Shown here: piece by piece, positions 1-8,130 of the stretch | How positions within the stretch are numbered: the first letter of the stretch is position 1 | How the letters are laid out: every line of letters starts with the position of its first letter | NCBI RefSeq assembly: GCF_000009965.1 | Contig: NC_006624.1 | Coordinates: 1,650,001-1,682,000 of the forward strand | Direction of reading: 5' to 3' | DNA: 32,000 nt | From: Thermococcus kodakarensis KOD1 | GTDB taxonomy: Archaea > Methanobacteriota_B > Thermococci > Thermococcales > Thermococcaceae | The notes under the pieces: generated by a model | Seen by the model: the letters and a program-made list of their open reading frames with translations, nothing else | What the model was told of the DNA's origin: nothing | Databases searched by the model: none | Made by a program: the position numbers and the translations under genes

Positions 1-550
1 GAACCCAGGTATAGCCTCCATATGTACCAGCTACGACAATGTTCCCATTTTGAGTTATAGCGACTGCATCAGCCTCATCGTCGTTGTTTCCCCCGTAGGT
101 TTTCTGCCATACAATATTCCCATTCCCATCAAGTCTGAGAACCCAAACATCTTTATCCCCTGCCTCAGTGCTGTTAGTGTATCCAACAACAATAATATCT
201 CCGGTGGTATTATCTACGACAGCCGAGTTAGCCCAATAACTATCTCGCTCCCCGTAGGTTTTCTGCCATACAATATTCCCATTCCCATCGAGCCTGAGAA
301 CCCAAACATCAGCGTCAGAGCCTCTCCAATCGGTTCCCCCATAGTGGCCCACTAAGATTATATCCCCGTTTGGAGCGAGGGCAACCGCGTTAGCTTCATC
401 ATAACCGCTTCCTCCATAGCTCCGAGCCCAAGGTGTTGGTTCTTTTTGAAGTATGCCTAACGCTTCTGCGTAGTTCTCATAGAAGACTGGAACTGCACCC
501 AAACTTACCAAAAACAAAAGAACTAGTCCAAAGCTTACCAACTTCTTCAT
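1..550 (-). CDS. Secreted beta-propeller-like repeat protein, N-terminal part only (gene continues past the left edge)
   Basis: Absent from the ORF track because no stop lies in the window. Hand translation of the minus strand from ATG (complement of 548-550) gives MKKLVSFGLVLLFLVSLGAVPVFYENYAEALGILQKEPTPWARSYGGSGYDEANAVALAPNGDIILVGHYGG...DVWVLRLDGNGNIVWQKTYGE...DVWVLRLDGNGNIVWQKTYGG... and stays open to position 1. It has a hydrophobic signal-like N-terminus and a GGTGA about 9 nt upstream of the ATG. The + strand ORF 50..355 is its antisense shadow. Confidence 0.75.
   Translation of the reverse strand, partial: MKKLVSFGLVLLFLVSLGAVPVFYENYAEALGILQKEPTPWARSYGGSGYDEANAVALAPNGDIILVGHYGGTDWRGSDADVWVLRLDGNGNIVWQKTYGERDSYWANSAVVDNTTGDIIVVGYTNSTEAGDKDVWVLRLDGNGNIVWQKTYGGNNDDEADAVAITQNGNIVVAGTYGGYTWV
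91..310 (-). repeat. Intragenic direct repeat: two 61-nt units (91..151 and 250..310), 59/61 identical, 159 nt apart
   Basis: Direct comparison: ccccgtaggttttctgccatacaatattcccattcccatc[a/g]ag[t/c]ctgagaacccaaacatc. Both copies encode DVWVLRLDGNGNIVWQKTYG in successive 53-aa protein repeats. Confidence 0.9.
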
Positions 551-666
551 CACAAGACGTCACCTTCCCGCCATATTGATTAAAAGAGCTTAAATACATT
601 TCTAGGAACCACAAACCAGCGCACTAAGAACCGTAGAAAAACAAATCAGAAAGAGAGGAAAAGAAA

Positions 667-2166
667 TCACAGATACCTCTCCTTCACCCAGCGGACGAAG
701 TAGTCTGGGTTCAGCTCCTCGCCGAGGGCCTTCTGGAGGAGCTCCTTCGGCGGGTAGATGCTTCCCCAGCGGTGTATCCTCTCCCTGAGCCAGGCCTTTA
801 TCGGCTCGAACTCGGCCCTTGCAACCTTCTCCTCGAAGTCCGGGATGTCGCGCTTCATGTGGTAGTATATCTGGCTCGCGAGGAGCGTGCCTATGCTGTA
901 GGTCGGGAAGTAGCCGATAGTTCCGTGGGCCCAGTGGATATCCTGGAGGATTCCCTCGGCGTAGGTCTTCGGCCTGATTCCGAGGAGCCTCTCCATCTCC
1001 TCGTTCCAGAGCTCAGGTAAGTCTTTCGCCTTAACGCCCTCGTTGAGCATCATCCTCTCGAGCTTGAAGCGGAGGAGTATGTGGAAGTTGTAGGTAACGA
1101 CATCCGCTTCAGTCCTTATGAAGTCCGGTCTGACTATGTTGAAGTAGAGGTAAACGTCTTCGGGCGTGTAGTTCGCCATGAACGGGAGGTTCTCCTTAAG
1201 CACCGGGTAGATTAAGCCGGCGAACTCCCTTGAACGGCCGATTATGTTCTCCCAGAAGCGGCTCTGGCTCTCATGGATTCCGAGGGAGACACCGCCGGCT
1301 ATCGGGCTGAACATAAACCTCTCGTCCTGCTGGAGCTCGTAGAGTGCATGCCCAAACTCGTGGACGGTGCTGAGAATGGTTCTCCTGAAGTCGTAGCCCT
1401 CGTATCTGGTAGTTATCCTCACATCCCTTATTCCGAACTCGGTGGTGAAGGGGTGAGCAGAAACGTCGAGCCTTGAGCGGACTCCAAGCGGGAAGCCGAA
1501 CTTCTGGAGTATCCAGAGGTTTACCCTCTCCATCTGCTCCCTCTCATAGCGCTCCTTCTCGAGCGGGTGCTCCCTGGGCACTTTGCCCTCTTCCATGATT
1601 TTCTCAAGGAGCGGCTTCAGCTCCTTCTCAAGCTTGTCGAACATCTTCTCGACTTCCTTCGTGGTGAGGCCCTCCTCGAAGAGGTCGAGCAGGGCATCGT
1701 AGGGCTCGTCCTCGTAGCCGAGATAGTCAGCGGCCCTCTTGGCAAGGTCTATGATTCTGTCAAGCCACGGCTCGAACTTGGAGAAGTCGTCGCTCCTCTT
1801 GGCCTCTTCCCAGGCCTTAGTGGCCTGGCTCGTGACCTCGCTCATCTCCCTGAGGAACTCGGGCGGGAATGACTTGCTTATCCTTATCGAGCGGTCGAGG
1901 ACACGAACAACGCCGCGCTCGTACTCGTTAAGGCCCTCTATCCCCTTGGCCTTCTCGACAAGCTCGACGAACTCGGGCTTGAGCAGGAACTCCTGAGAGA
2001 GAACGGAAAGCTCCCCCTGAGCGACGCTCCTCTCAAGAATGCCCTCCTTTGGCATGTTGACCTCCATGTCCCAGCCGAGGACGCTCTGAGCGTGCCCAAT
2101 GGCCCATATCCTGCGGTACTTCTCAAGAATAGCCTTAATTGTCTCGTTCTGGAAAACGGACTCCAT
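667..2166 (-). CDS. M32-family thermostable metallocarboxypeptidase (carboxypeptidase Taq / Pyrococcus furiosus CP type)
   Basis: 499-aa ORF with the HExxH zinc motif in TVHEFGHALYE, plus HESQSRFWEN and DIHWAHGTIGYFPTYSIG blocks typical of M32. ATG start with GGTGAT 6 nt upstream. Confidence 0.93.
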   Translation of the reverse strand: MESVFQNETIKAILEKYRRIWAIGHAQSVLGWDMEVNMPKEGILERSVAQGELSVLSQEFLLKPEFVELVEKAKGIEGLNEYERGVVRVLDRSIRISKSFPPEFLREMSEVTSQATKAWEEAKRSDDFSKFEPWLDRIIDLAKRAADYLGYEDEPYDALLDLFEEGLTTKEVEKMFDKLEKELKPLLEKIMEEGKVPREHPLEKERYEREQMERVNLWILQKFGFPLGVRSRLDVSAHPFTTEFGIRDVRITTRYEGYDFRRTILSTVHEFGHALYELQQDERFMFSPIAGGVSLGIHESQSRFWENIIGRSREFAGLIYPVLKENLPFMANYTPEDVYLYFNIVRPDFIRTEADVVTYNFHILLRFKLERMMLNEGVKAKDLPELWNEEMERLLGIRPKTYAEGILQDIHWAHGTIGYFPTYSIGTLLASQIYYHMKRDIPDFEEKVARAEFEPIKAWLRERIHRWGSIYPPKELLQKALGEELNPDYFVRWVKERYL

Positions 2167-2328
2167 GTTAAATCACCGCTACTTTTTGGATTGCCAAACT
2201 TTTAATCTTTTCGATGGGCATCTGAACGAGTGAAGGTAAAGGAATTACTATTGGGGCTGTTTCATAAATAGTTAATAGCGTAAAGTTTAAATGTTTTTGA
2301 GTCATATTTTGTTTTGGTGGAGGTCACT

Positions 2329-2937
2329 ATGAAGCTTTATCGGACGGGAAAAGCCTCAGAACTCTTGGGAATCAGCAAGCCTACACTTCTCAGAAAAATC
2401 AAAACAGGCGAAATAAAAGCCTACAAAATAGGCAAAGAATACCGCATTCCAGAAAGCGAAATAAAGAGACTTCTTGAGGGCAAAGTTCCCGATAAAGTTG
2501 TCATTTACGCCAGAGTCTCAAGCAGAGACCAGAAAGAAGACCTTGAACGACAAGTCGAATACCTCAAAAACTACTGCTCCGCAAAAGGATACCAAGTTGC
2601 TAGAATCCTCACTGACATTTCATCAGGCCTAAACGAAAACCGGAAGGGTTTAAAACAGCTCTTCAAACTCGTGGAAAGCGGAGAGGTAACCAAAGTCGTG
2701 ATAACCTACAAGGACAGGCTCACCCGCTTTGGCTTCAAATACCTCGAACAATACTTCAACTCTCACGGTGTCGAGATTGAAGTAATCTTCAATGATGAAG
2801 AGAAAACGCCAGAGAAAGAATTAGTTGAAGACTTGTTAGCTATCGTTACCTCTTTCGCTGGAAAGCTTTACGGAGCTCGTTCTCACAAGAAAAAACGCCT
2901 CGTCGAGGCGGTAAAGAATGCCCTCAGAGACGATTAA
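2329..2937 (+). CDS. tnpA: IS607-type serine recombinase/resolvase TnpA (N-terminal MerR-like HTH + resolvase catalytic domain)
   Basis: MKLYRTGKASELLGISKPTLLRKIKTGEIKAYKIGKEYRIPE forms the HTH. VVIYARVSSRDQKEDLERQ carries the catalytic Ser motif of serine recombinases. The track start at 2314 is a TTG. The ATG at 2329, preceded by GGTGGAGGT, is the more likely start. Confidence 0.9.
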   Translation: MKLYRTGKASELLGISKPTLLRKIKTGEIKAYKIGKEYRIPESEIKRLLEGKVPDKVVIYARVSSRDQKEDLERQVEYLKNYCSAKGYQVARILTDISSGLNENRKGLKQLFKLVESGEVTKVVITYKDRLTRFGFKYLEQYFNSHGVEIEVIFNDEEKTPEKELVEDLLAIVTSFAGKLYGARSHKKKRLVEAVKNALRDD

Positions 2938-4099
2938 GCTCACGGCAAAATTCAAGCTCAAAAACCCACCAGAGGAGTTAAACGACCTCTTCTCCACTTA
3001 TCGGGAGATTGTGAACCACCTCATCAGCTATGCTTTCGAGAACAATGTTACGAGCTTTTACAGGCTCAAAAAGGAAACATACAAAAGCCTCCGCAAGGAG
3101 TATCCAGAACTACCAAGCCATTACCACTACACAGCAACTCAAATGGCCACAATGATTTACAAGAGTTATCGGAAGCGGAAAAAGAAGGGTAAGGCTAATG
3201 GTAGGCCAGTTTTTAAGAAGGATGCCATAATGCTCGACGACCATCTCTTCAAGCTCGACCTTGAGGCTGGAGTGATAAAACTCTCCACTCCGAGCGGGAG
3301 GGTTGAGCTGGAGTTTTATCCATCCAAGTATCACGAGAAGTTTAGGGACTGGAAAATCGGCCAAGCGTGGTTGGTGAGGACTCCAAAAGGCGTTTTCATC
3401 AACGTGGTCTTTTCCAGAGAGGTTGAAGTGAGAGAACCTGAAGCCTTTGTCGGCGTGGATTTGAACGAGAACAACGTTACGCTCAGCCTTCCAAACGGTG
3501 AGTTCGTCCAGATACTCACTCACGAGCGGGAGATAAGGACTGGCTACTTCCTAAAACGGAGGAAGATTCAGAAAAAGCTTAGGACTAGAAAGAAAAGGAA
3601 AGAGCTTCTCGAAAAGTATGGGCAAAGGGAGAGGAACAGGCTGGACGACCTTTACCACAAATTAGCCAATAAAATCGTTGAGCTGGCGGAGAGATACAGT
3701 GGTATTGCTCTGGAGGATTTGACCGAAATCAGGGATTCGATTAGGTATTCGGCTGAGGTGAACGGTAGGCTTCATCGTTGGAGTTTTAGGAAGCTTCAAA
3801 ACATAATCGAATACAAGGCCAAGCTGAAGGGGATAAAGGTTGTTTTTGTTAATCCTGCTTACACTTCGTCCCTGTGTCCGGTATGTGGGAGAAAGTTAAG
3901 CCCGAATGGGCACAGGGTCTTGAAGTGTCCTAAGTGTGGTTTTGAGGCCGATAGGGACGTTATTGGCTCTTGGAATATCTCCCTTCGTGCCCTGAAGATG
4001 TGGGGAGTTTCCGTTCCCCCCGAAAGCCCCACGATGAAGACGGGAGTGGGGAAGGTCGGCCGTAGCGATGTTTACGAACTTTACACAAATTACGGCTGA
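2918..4099 (+). CDS. tnpB: TnpB (IS200/IS605-IS607 OrfB) RNA-guided endonuclease-type protein
   Basis: 393 aa. Split RuvC candidates are GVDLNENN (D), IALEDLTEI (E) and EADRDVIGSWNI (D). A zinc ribbon CPVCG...CPKCG lies between the last two. ATG start. Confidence 0.9.
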   Translation: MPSETIKLTAKFKLKNPPEELNDLFSTYREIVNHLISYAFENNVTSFYRLKKETYKSLRKEYPELPSHYHYTATQMATMIYKSYRKRKKKGKANGRPVFKKDAIMLDDHLFKLDLEAGVIKLSTPSGRVELEFYPSKYHEKFRDWKIGQAWLVRTPKGVFINVVFSREVEVREPEAFVGVDLNENNVTLSLPNGEFVQILTHEREIRTGYFLKRRKIQKKLRTRKKRKELLEKYGQRERNRLDDLYHKLANKIVELAERYSGIALEDLTEIRDSIRYSAEVNGRLHRWSFRKLQNIIEYKAKLKGIKVVFVNPAYTSSLCPVCGRKLSPNGHRVLKCPKCGFEADRDVIGSWNISLRALKMWGVSVPPESPTMKTGVGKVGRSDVYELYTNYG

Positions 4100-4140
4100 C
4101 CAGAACGGAAACGGTATTAAGGAGAACCCCTAAGGGCCTC
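3990..4140 (+). ncRNA. Predicted TnpB guide RNA (omega-RNA/reRNA) scaffold overlapping the tnpB 3' end; boundaries approximate
   Basis: The position is expected from established TnpB biology. Local complementary pairs seen: GGGGA 4002-4006 / TCCCC 4015-4019; CCCCA 4027-4031 / TGGGG 4047-4051; GCCGTA 4059-4064 / TACGGC 4091-4096. No covariation or expression evidence is available. Confidence 0.3.
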
Positions 4141-4150
4141 CGGTGGTATC

Positions 4151-4987
4151 ATGCTGGATCTCGTGGTTATCGGTCACGTTTCGATTGACACTCTTATATT
4201 CCCGGATGGAAGGCGTGTGACAATGCCCGGAGGGGCCGCCGCGGGGGTGGCCACTTCGGCGGCGCTCGCCGGGGCAAAAGTCGGACTAGTGACGAAGATA
4301 GGGACAGACTTTCCGAAGGAGTGGCTCCAAGCGCTTTCCTCCGTGCTGGACATTAGTGGAGTTCAAATACTGCCTGGAAAGACGATTCACATCCAAATGA
4401 TTTACCACGAGGACGGAAGCGTGGATGCCCCAGTTGAGATGGGAGTTGCCCAGAAGATGGGCGAAATCCCAATCCCAGAGGAATACCTTGATGCCAAAGT
4501 CTTTCACATTTCCCCGATTCCACCGGAAGAGCAGCTGAAGCTCCTCAACCGACTGAAGGGAAAGAGAGTGACCGTTGATTTCAACCCAACGTACAAGGAG
4601 GAGTACATCAAGAGAAGAGACCTCCTGCGGGAGATAGTCTCTCGGGTCGAAATAGTCTTCCCGAACGAGAGGGAGGCTCTCATGATCACGGGGGCGGAGG
4701 ACGTCAAAGATGCCGCCAGGATTCTCCACGGTTGGGGAGCCAAGCTGGTCGTGATAACCCGTGGCGAGAAGGGTGTTCTCGTATACGACGGCTCGTTCAG
4801 GGAGTTCCCTGCCCTTCCGATAAAGCCCGAAGAAATCGTCGACCCAACTGGCGGCGGGGACGCCTTTGCAGGCGGTTTCCTCGCAGGCTATTCGAGGGGT
4901 CGTCCACTCGAGGAGTGCGTAAGGCTGGGTCTAGAAAGGGCAAGGGAAGTCCTGAAAAAATGGGGGGACTGGAGTATCACCGTCTAA
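4151..4987 (+). CDS. PfkB/ribokinase-family carbohydrate or nucleoside kinase
   Basis: 278 aa. N-terminal GxxxxD-type sugar-binding start (VVIGHVSIDT) and C-terminal anion-hole motif DPTGGGDAFAGGFLAG, which is diagnostic of the PfkB family. Substrate is not assignable from sequence. Confidence 0.85.
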   Translation: MLDLVVIGHVSIDTLIFPDGRRVTMPGGAAAGVATSAALAGAKVGLVTKIGTDFPKEWLQALSSVLDISGVQILPGKTIHIQMIYHEDGSVDAPVEMGVAQKMGEIPIPEEYLDAKVFHISPIPPEEQLKLLNRLKGKRVTVDFNPTYKEEYIKRRDLLREIVSRVEIVFPNEREALMITGAEDVKDAARILHGWGAKLVVITRGEKGVLVYDGSFREFPALPIKPEEIVDPTGGGDAFAGGFLAGYSRGRPLEECVRLGLERAREVLKKWGDWSITV

Positions 4988-5402
4988 CAACAAGATAAAA
5001 GAGCAGGTAAAGAGAAACGACAAAGAGAGCCGCTACCATTGTGTTTACCAGACTTGGCAGATAAGCCGAAAGATAGTAAGCAACAGAATAGAGCGGTAGT
5101 GCCATGATTACCGCTGCGGTAAGGGTTCCGTAATGCCTCATGGAAGCACCAACGCGTGTAAGGTGGAGGGACTCAACAAAGATTATTCCAAGTGAGAGAA
5201 GGGTCAACCCGTAGAAACCTCCCAACCTATGATAAACCAGGGCAATCCCCAGCAGGGCTAGGTAAGCATAGCCCATCCACCAGACTAATATGGAGAGACT
5301 AAGAGCTAGAGACAGCACGAGGGTAACTCTGCTATCAAATCCAAGATAAGTTATGTATGTTATGATGGTAAAAAGCGCCGCAAGGTAGAGCCGTCGTATC
5401 AT
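4977..5402 (-). CDS. Small polytopic membrane protein, last gene of the MoxR operon
   Basis: 141 aa and almost entirely hydrophobic (about 4 TM segments). ATGA start/stop overlap with the upstream DUF58 gene. The 3' end overlaps the convergent pfkB by 11 nt. Confidence 0.6.
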   Translation of the reverse strand: MIRRLYLAALFTIITYITYLGFDSRVTLVLSLALSLSILVWWMGYAYLALLGIALVYHRLGGFYGLTLLSLGIIFVESLHLTRVGASMRHYGTLTAAVIMALPLYSVAYYLSAYLPSLVNTMVAALFVVSLYLLFYLVVRR

Positions 5403-6718
5403 ACTTTAATCACCTCCGCTATCGCGGCCTTCAGGGGTTTCTTGACGTCCCAGTCTATTATCAGTCCATAGGTGGAGAGTTCGCGCAGTAGGGCCTTTCT
5501 CCTGAGTTCAACGAGCCTCATTGCAACTTCTTCCTCCTCGGTAGATGGAGTGTAAAGACTGTTCGGGTTCGGGCTTATGACAACAACTTTGTAGCCCATC
5601 TCTCCTAGGATTCTAAGCGTCTCTCGGCTCTCACTGGTCAGTAGGGGAGAGAAATAGACTATCTGGGCCCTCAGTGGAAAGGCCACTCTGGCAAGGTGCT
5701 CGACCTGGTACAGTATGATATCATTTGAGCCCGGTTTGGCAGTACTCAGAAAGTCAACACATTTGAAGAAATGCCTCTTTCCATAATCCACTCTGACCCA
5801 GAGGGGCGTCTCCTCCGCAAGGAGCAGTCCAAAGCTTGTGCCATCGTTGAGAGCGTTGAGCATAAGAGAAGCAGCAGCCCTAACTTGATAGTCCAAAACA
5901 GGGGCATTTGCGCGGGAGGCATCGACTACAAACACCACGTCCACTTTTCTCTCGCTCTCAAACTCGTTGGCCATTATTTCACCAGTTCTGGCCGTTGCTT
6001 TCCAGTTTATTATCTTAAGTGGATCACCTGGCCTGTACTCCCTTACCGCGTGAAACTCAAGGCCCTCCCCAAGGCGTGGGGATGGGAGCGGTCCAATAGT
6101 TATCTTGGTACCCCTCGTGGAGTACGGCGTTGGAATATCGTAAATCCGAGGGACTCCAACGACTTCCGTGAAAAGCTCGACTAAAACATCCCCCGAGAAG
6201 AAGCCAAGGGGGTCCCTGTAGGAGACCCTAACCCCCTCAAAGTTGTGAACTCCCCTCTTCATCCTAACGCGGTATCTTAAAATGCCCTCCTCACCAGCAC
6301 TGAGACAGAAAACCTTCTCCGGATTACCCGAAACAACTTCAAGTTCCTCTGGCACCAAGTCTCGGACAACGAGATTCTCGACATCGAACTCAGGAACGAC
6401 GTGGAGCTCGACCTCAACTTCCTCCTCTTCAAGAAACCTGTCGTGGGGCACAACGCGCCAGATTTTAACTTCTCCGCGGGGCTTGAAAAGAAGGTATTCA
6501 ACGGAGATGAGAGTAACGTATGGAAGAACGAGATAGACAAGTTCCCACCTCAAAAGGAAGAAAGCGACGATTGGGATAACCCACGCCGAGATAACCAAAA
6601 GGGCAAATTTAGCAGTTGGAGCGACACCTTTGGGTGGCTCAATTTTCCTCTCTCCAGGGGGTAGCGAGCCTGGCTGATATGGTAGCTGAGGTAACCCGCC
6701 TATACTCCACTGGAGCAT
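5399..6718 (-). CDS. DUF58-family protein (vWA-like partner of MoxR) with N-terminal TM segments and a beta-sandwich middle domain
   Basis: DUF58 signature REYRPGDPLKIINWKATARTGEIMANEFE, followed by the vWA-like VDVVFVVDASRA. The track start at 6763 is a TTG inside moxR. The ATG at 6718 lies 13 nt after the moxR stop and is preferred. Confidence 0.85.
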   Translation of the reverse strand: MLQWSIGGLPQLPYQPGSLPPGERKIEPPKGVAPTAKFALLVISAWVIPIVAFFLLRWELVYLVLPYVTLISVEYLLFKPRGEVKIWRVVPHDRFLEEEEVEVELHVVPEFDVENLVVRDLVPEELEVVSGNPEKVFCLSAGEEGILRYRVRMKRGVHNFEGVRVSYRDPLGFFSGDVLVELFTEVVGVPRIYDIPTPYSTRGTKITIGPLPSPRLGEGLEFHAVREYRPGDPLKIINWKATARTGEIMANEFESERKVDVVFVVDASRANAPVLDYQVRAAASLMLNALNDGTSFGLLLAEETPLWVRVDYGKRHFFKCVDFLSTAKPGSNDIILYQVEHLARVAFPLRAQIVYFSPLLTSESRETLRILGEMGYKVVVISPNPNSLYTPSTEEEEVAMRLVELRRKALLRELSTYGLIIDWDVKKPLKAAIAEVIKV

Positions 6719-6731
6719 GTTCTTCCCGCCC

Positions 6732-7685
6732 TCAATCGAATTTTGGAACCGGGACCCTCTCAAGGATCTTTGCCATAACCTTCTCTTGGCTAACCTTCGT
6801 GTACCACAACTCCCTCTTGAGGATGAGCCTGTGGCTCAGGGCTGGAATGGCCACGGCCTTAACGTCGTCGGGGATTACGTAGTCCCTCCCCTCTATGGCC
6901 GCGTATGCCCTCGCGAGCTTGAGGAGTGCAAGGCTTCCCCTCGGAGAGGCCCCTACCTCAACGTCCTTCTTGTCCCTTCTCGTGGCCTCGACGATATCGA
7001 CGATGTACTCTAGGACTGGGTCGCTGACGTAAACGTCCTCAACGGCGCGCTGCATCTCAAGGACTTCCTCAGCCGTGACAACCGGAGAAACGCTGACCTC
7101 GTCGCTCTTTCTACCTATCCTCCTCCGCAGGATCTCAAGCTCCTCCTCCTTCGTTGGGTAGCCAACGTGGAGCCTCACCAGAAACCTGTCGAGCTGGGCC
7201 TCTGGGAGCGGATAGGTGCCCTCCTGCTCTATCGGGTTCTGAGTGGCAATTACAACGAAGGGCCTTGGGAGTGGGTATGTCTTCCCCTCAACGGTAACCT
7301 GCCTCTCCTGCATCGCCTCAAGGAGGGCAGACTGGGTCTTCGGCGGAGACCTGTTAACCTCGTCGGCGAGGAGTATGTTAGTGAACACCGGGCCCTTTCT
7401 GAACTCGAACTCGAGGGTCTTCTGGTTGAAGACGCTCACACCAATGATGTCGCTGGGCAACAGATCAGGAGTGAACTGAACGCGCTTGAAGTCGAGGCCA
7501 AGGGCACCGGCAAAGCTCTTCGCCATCAGGGTCTTCGCCAGACCGGGCAAGTCCTCTATGAGAACGTGGCCATCGGCAAGGATTGTGGCCAGTATCATTT
7601 TCAGGACGTTCTCCTTTCCAACGATGACCTTTCCGACCTCGGAAAGCACGAGGTCAGCCTTCTCATGTACTTCCTCAATCTTCAT
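6732..7685 (-). CDS. MoxR-family AAA+ ATPase
   Basis: 317 aa. Contains HVLIEDLPGLAKT (Walker A variant of the MoxR/AAA_3 group), ILLADEVNRSPPKTQSALLEAMQERQVT (Walker B/sensor) and ATQNPIEQEGTYPLPEAQLDRF. Confidence 0.93.
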   Translation of the reverse strand: MKIEEVHEKADLVLSEVGKVIVGKENVLKMILATILADGHVLIEDLPGLAKTLMAKSFAGALGLDFKRVQFTPDLLPSDIIGVSVFNQKTLEFEFRKGPVFTNILLADEVNRSPPKTQSALLEAMQERQVTVEGKTYPLPRPFVVIATQNPIEQEGTYPLPEAQLDRFLVRLHVGYPTKEEELEILRRRIGRKSDEVSVSPVVTAEEVLEMQRAVEDVYVSDPVLEYIVDIVEATRRDKKDVEVGASPRGSLALLKLARAYAAIEGRDYVIPDDVKAVAIPALSHRLILKRELWYTKVSQEKVMAKILERVPVPKFD

Positions 7686-8130
7686 TTAGTTCAGCCTCCA
7701 GGATTTTTAACGCCTCTTTAAGCCCTTCATAAGGGTTTTTAGATGAGTAGAATGCCTGAAGGGCCTTTGGAGGATCTGTCCTCAGCTCGTAGAAGGAACG
7801 GCCGGTGATTGAGTGGAGTATCTCAAGGATGTACTCCTCCGCAACCTCCCTTCCACCGCCTTTTTTTGTCCGTTTTACCAGCTGGAGAGCCCTCTCAAAG
7901 TCGGGCCTTCTGTTAACCCGAAAAGCGGAACCTGATCCCCTATCGACTACCACATCGTATCCTACGATCACAATATCGTAGCCTATCAACATCCAAGCCA
8001 CGAAAACCGAGAGGGCAACGGCAGAAAGCCACCTAACATAATACGGACCTGGCAAAACGGCACCTGCAATAAACACCAGGCCCACAGCAATCCTTAGTTT
8101 GTACTGTTTAGTTAACTCCCGCAAGCTCAT
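7675..8130 (-). CDS. Hypothetical membrane-anchored protein (2 TM + soluble C-terminal domain) in the MoxR operon
   Basis: 151-aa ORF with an ATG start. It overlaps both neighbours (23 nt and 11 nt), implying translational coupling. I recognise no family motif. Confidence 0.6.
   Translation of the reverse strand: MSLRELTKQYKLRIAVGLVFIAGAVLPGPYYVRWLSAVALSVFVAWMLIGYDIVIVGYDVVVDRGSGSAFRVNRRPDFERALQLVKRTKKGGGREVAEEYILEILHSITGRSFYELRTDPPKALQAFYSSKNPYEGLKEALKILEAELNED

Larger units (their letters stand above)
2314..4099 (+). mobile_element. IS607-family insertion sequence (tnpA serine recombinase + tnpB); coding core only, exact ends unresolved
   Basis: Two ORFs overlap by 20 nt, with a MerR-like HTH/resolvase followed by TnpB, which is the canonical IS607 layout. 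The element is visibly more AT-rich than both flanks. It is wedged between the carboxypeptidase promoter region and the pfkB start. Confidence 0.85.

Noticed and set aside
91-310. Possible CRISPR-like direct repeats
   Set aside because: There are only two copies. They are 61 nt long and lie inside a coding repeat that translates into the same peptide. There is no array structure and no cas genes in the window.
50-355. 101-aa + strand ORF with internal repeats (VGFLPYNIPIPI twice)
   Set aside because: It is the antisense reading of the minus-strand secreted repeat protein. That gene has a proper ATG, Shine-Dalgarno and signal peptide, and a sensible repeat sequence. The + frame has no start context.
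2280-4084. Candidate IS terminal inverted repeat: GTAAAGTT (2280-2287) versus AACTTTAC (4077-4084)
   Set aside because: Only 8 nt match, in AT-rich sequence, and the right copy lies inside tnpB. IS607 elements do not require classical inverted repeats. This is insufficient to define the ends.
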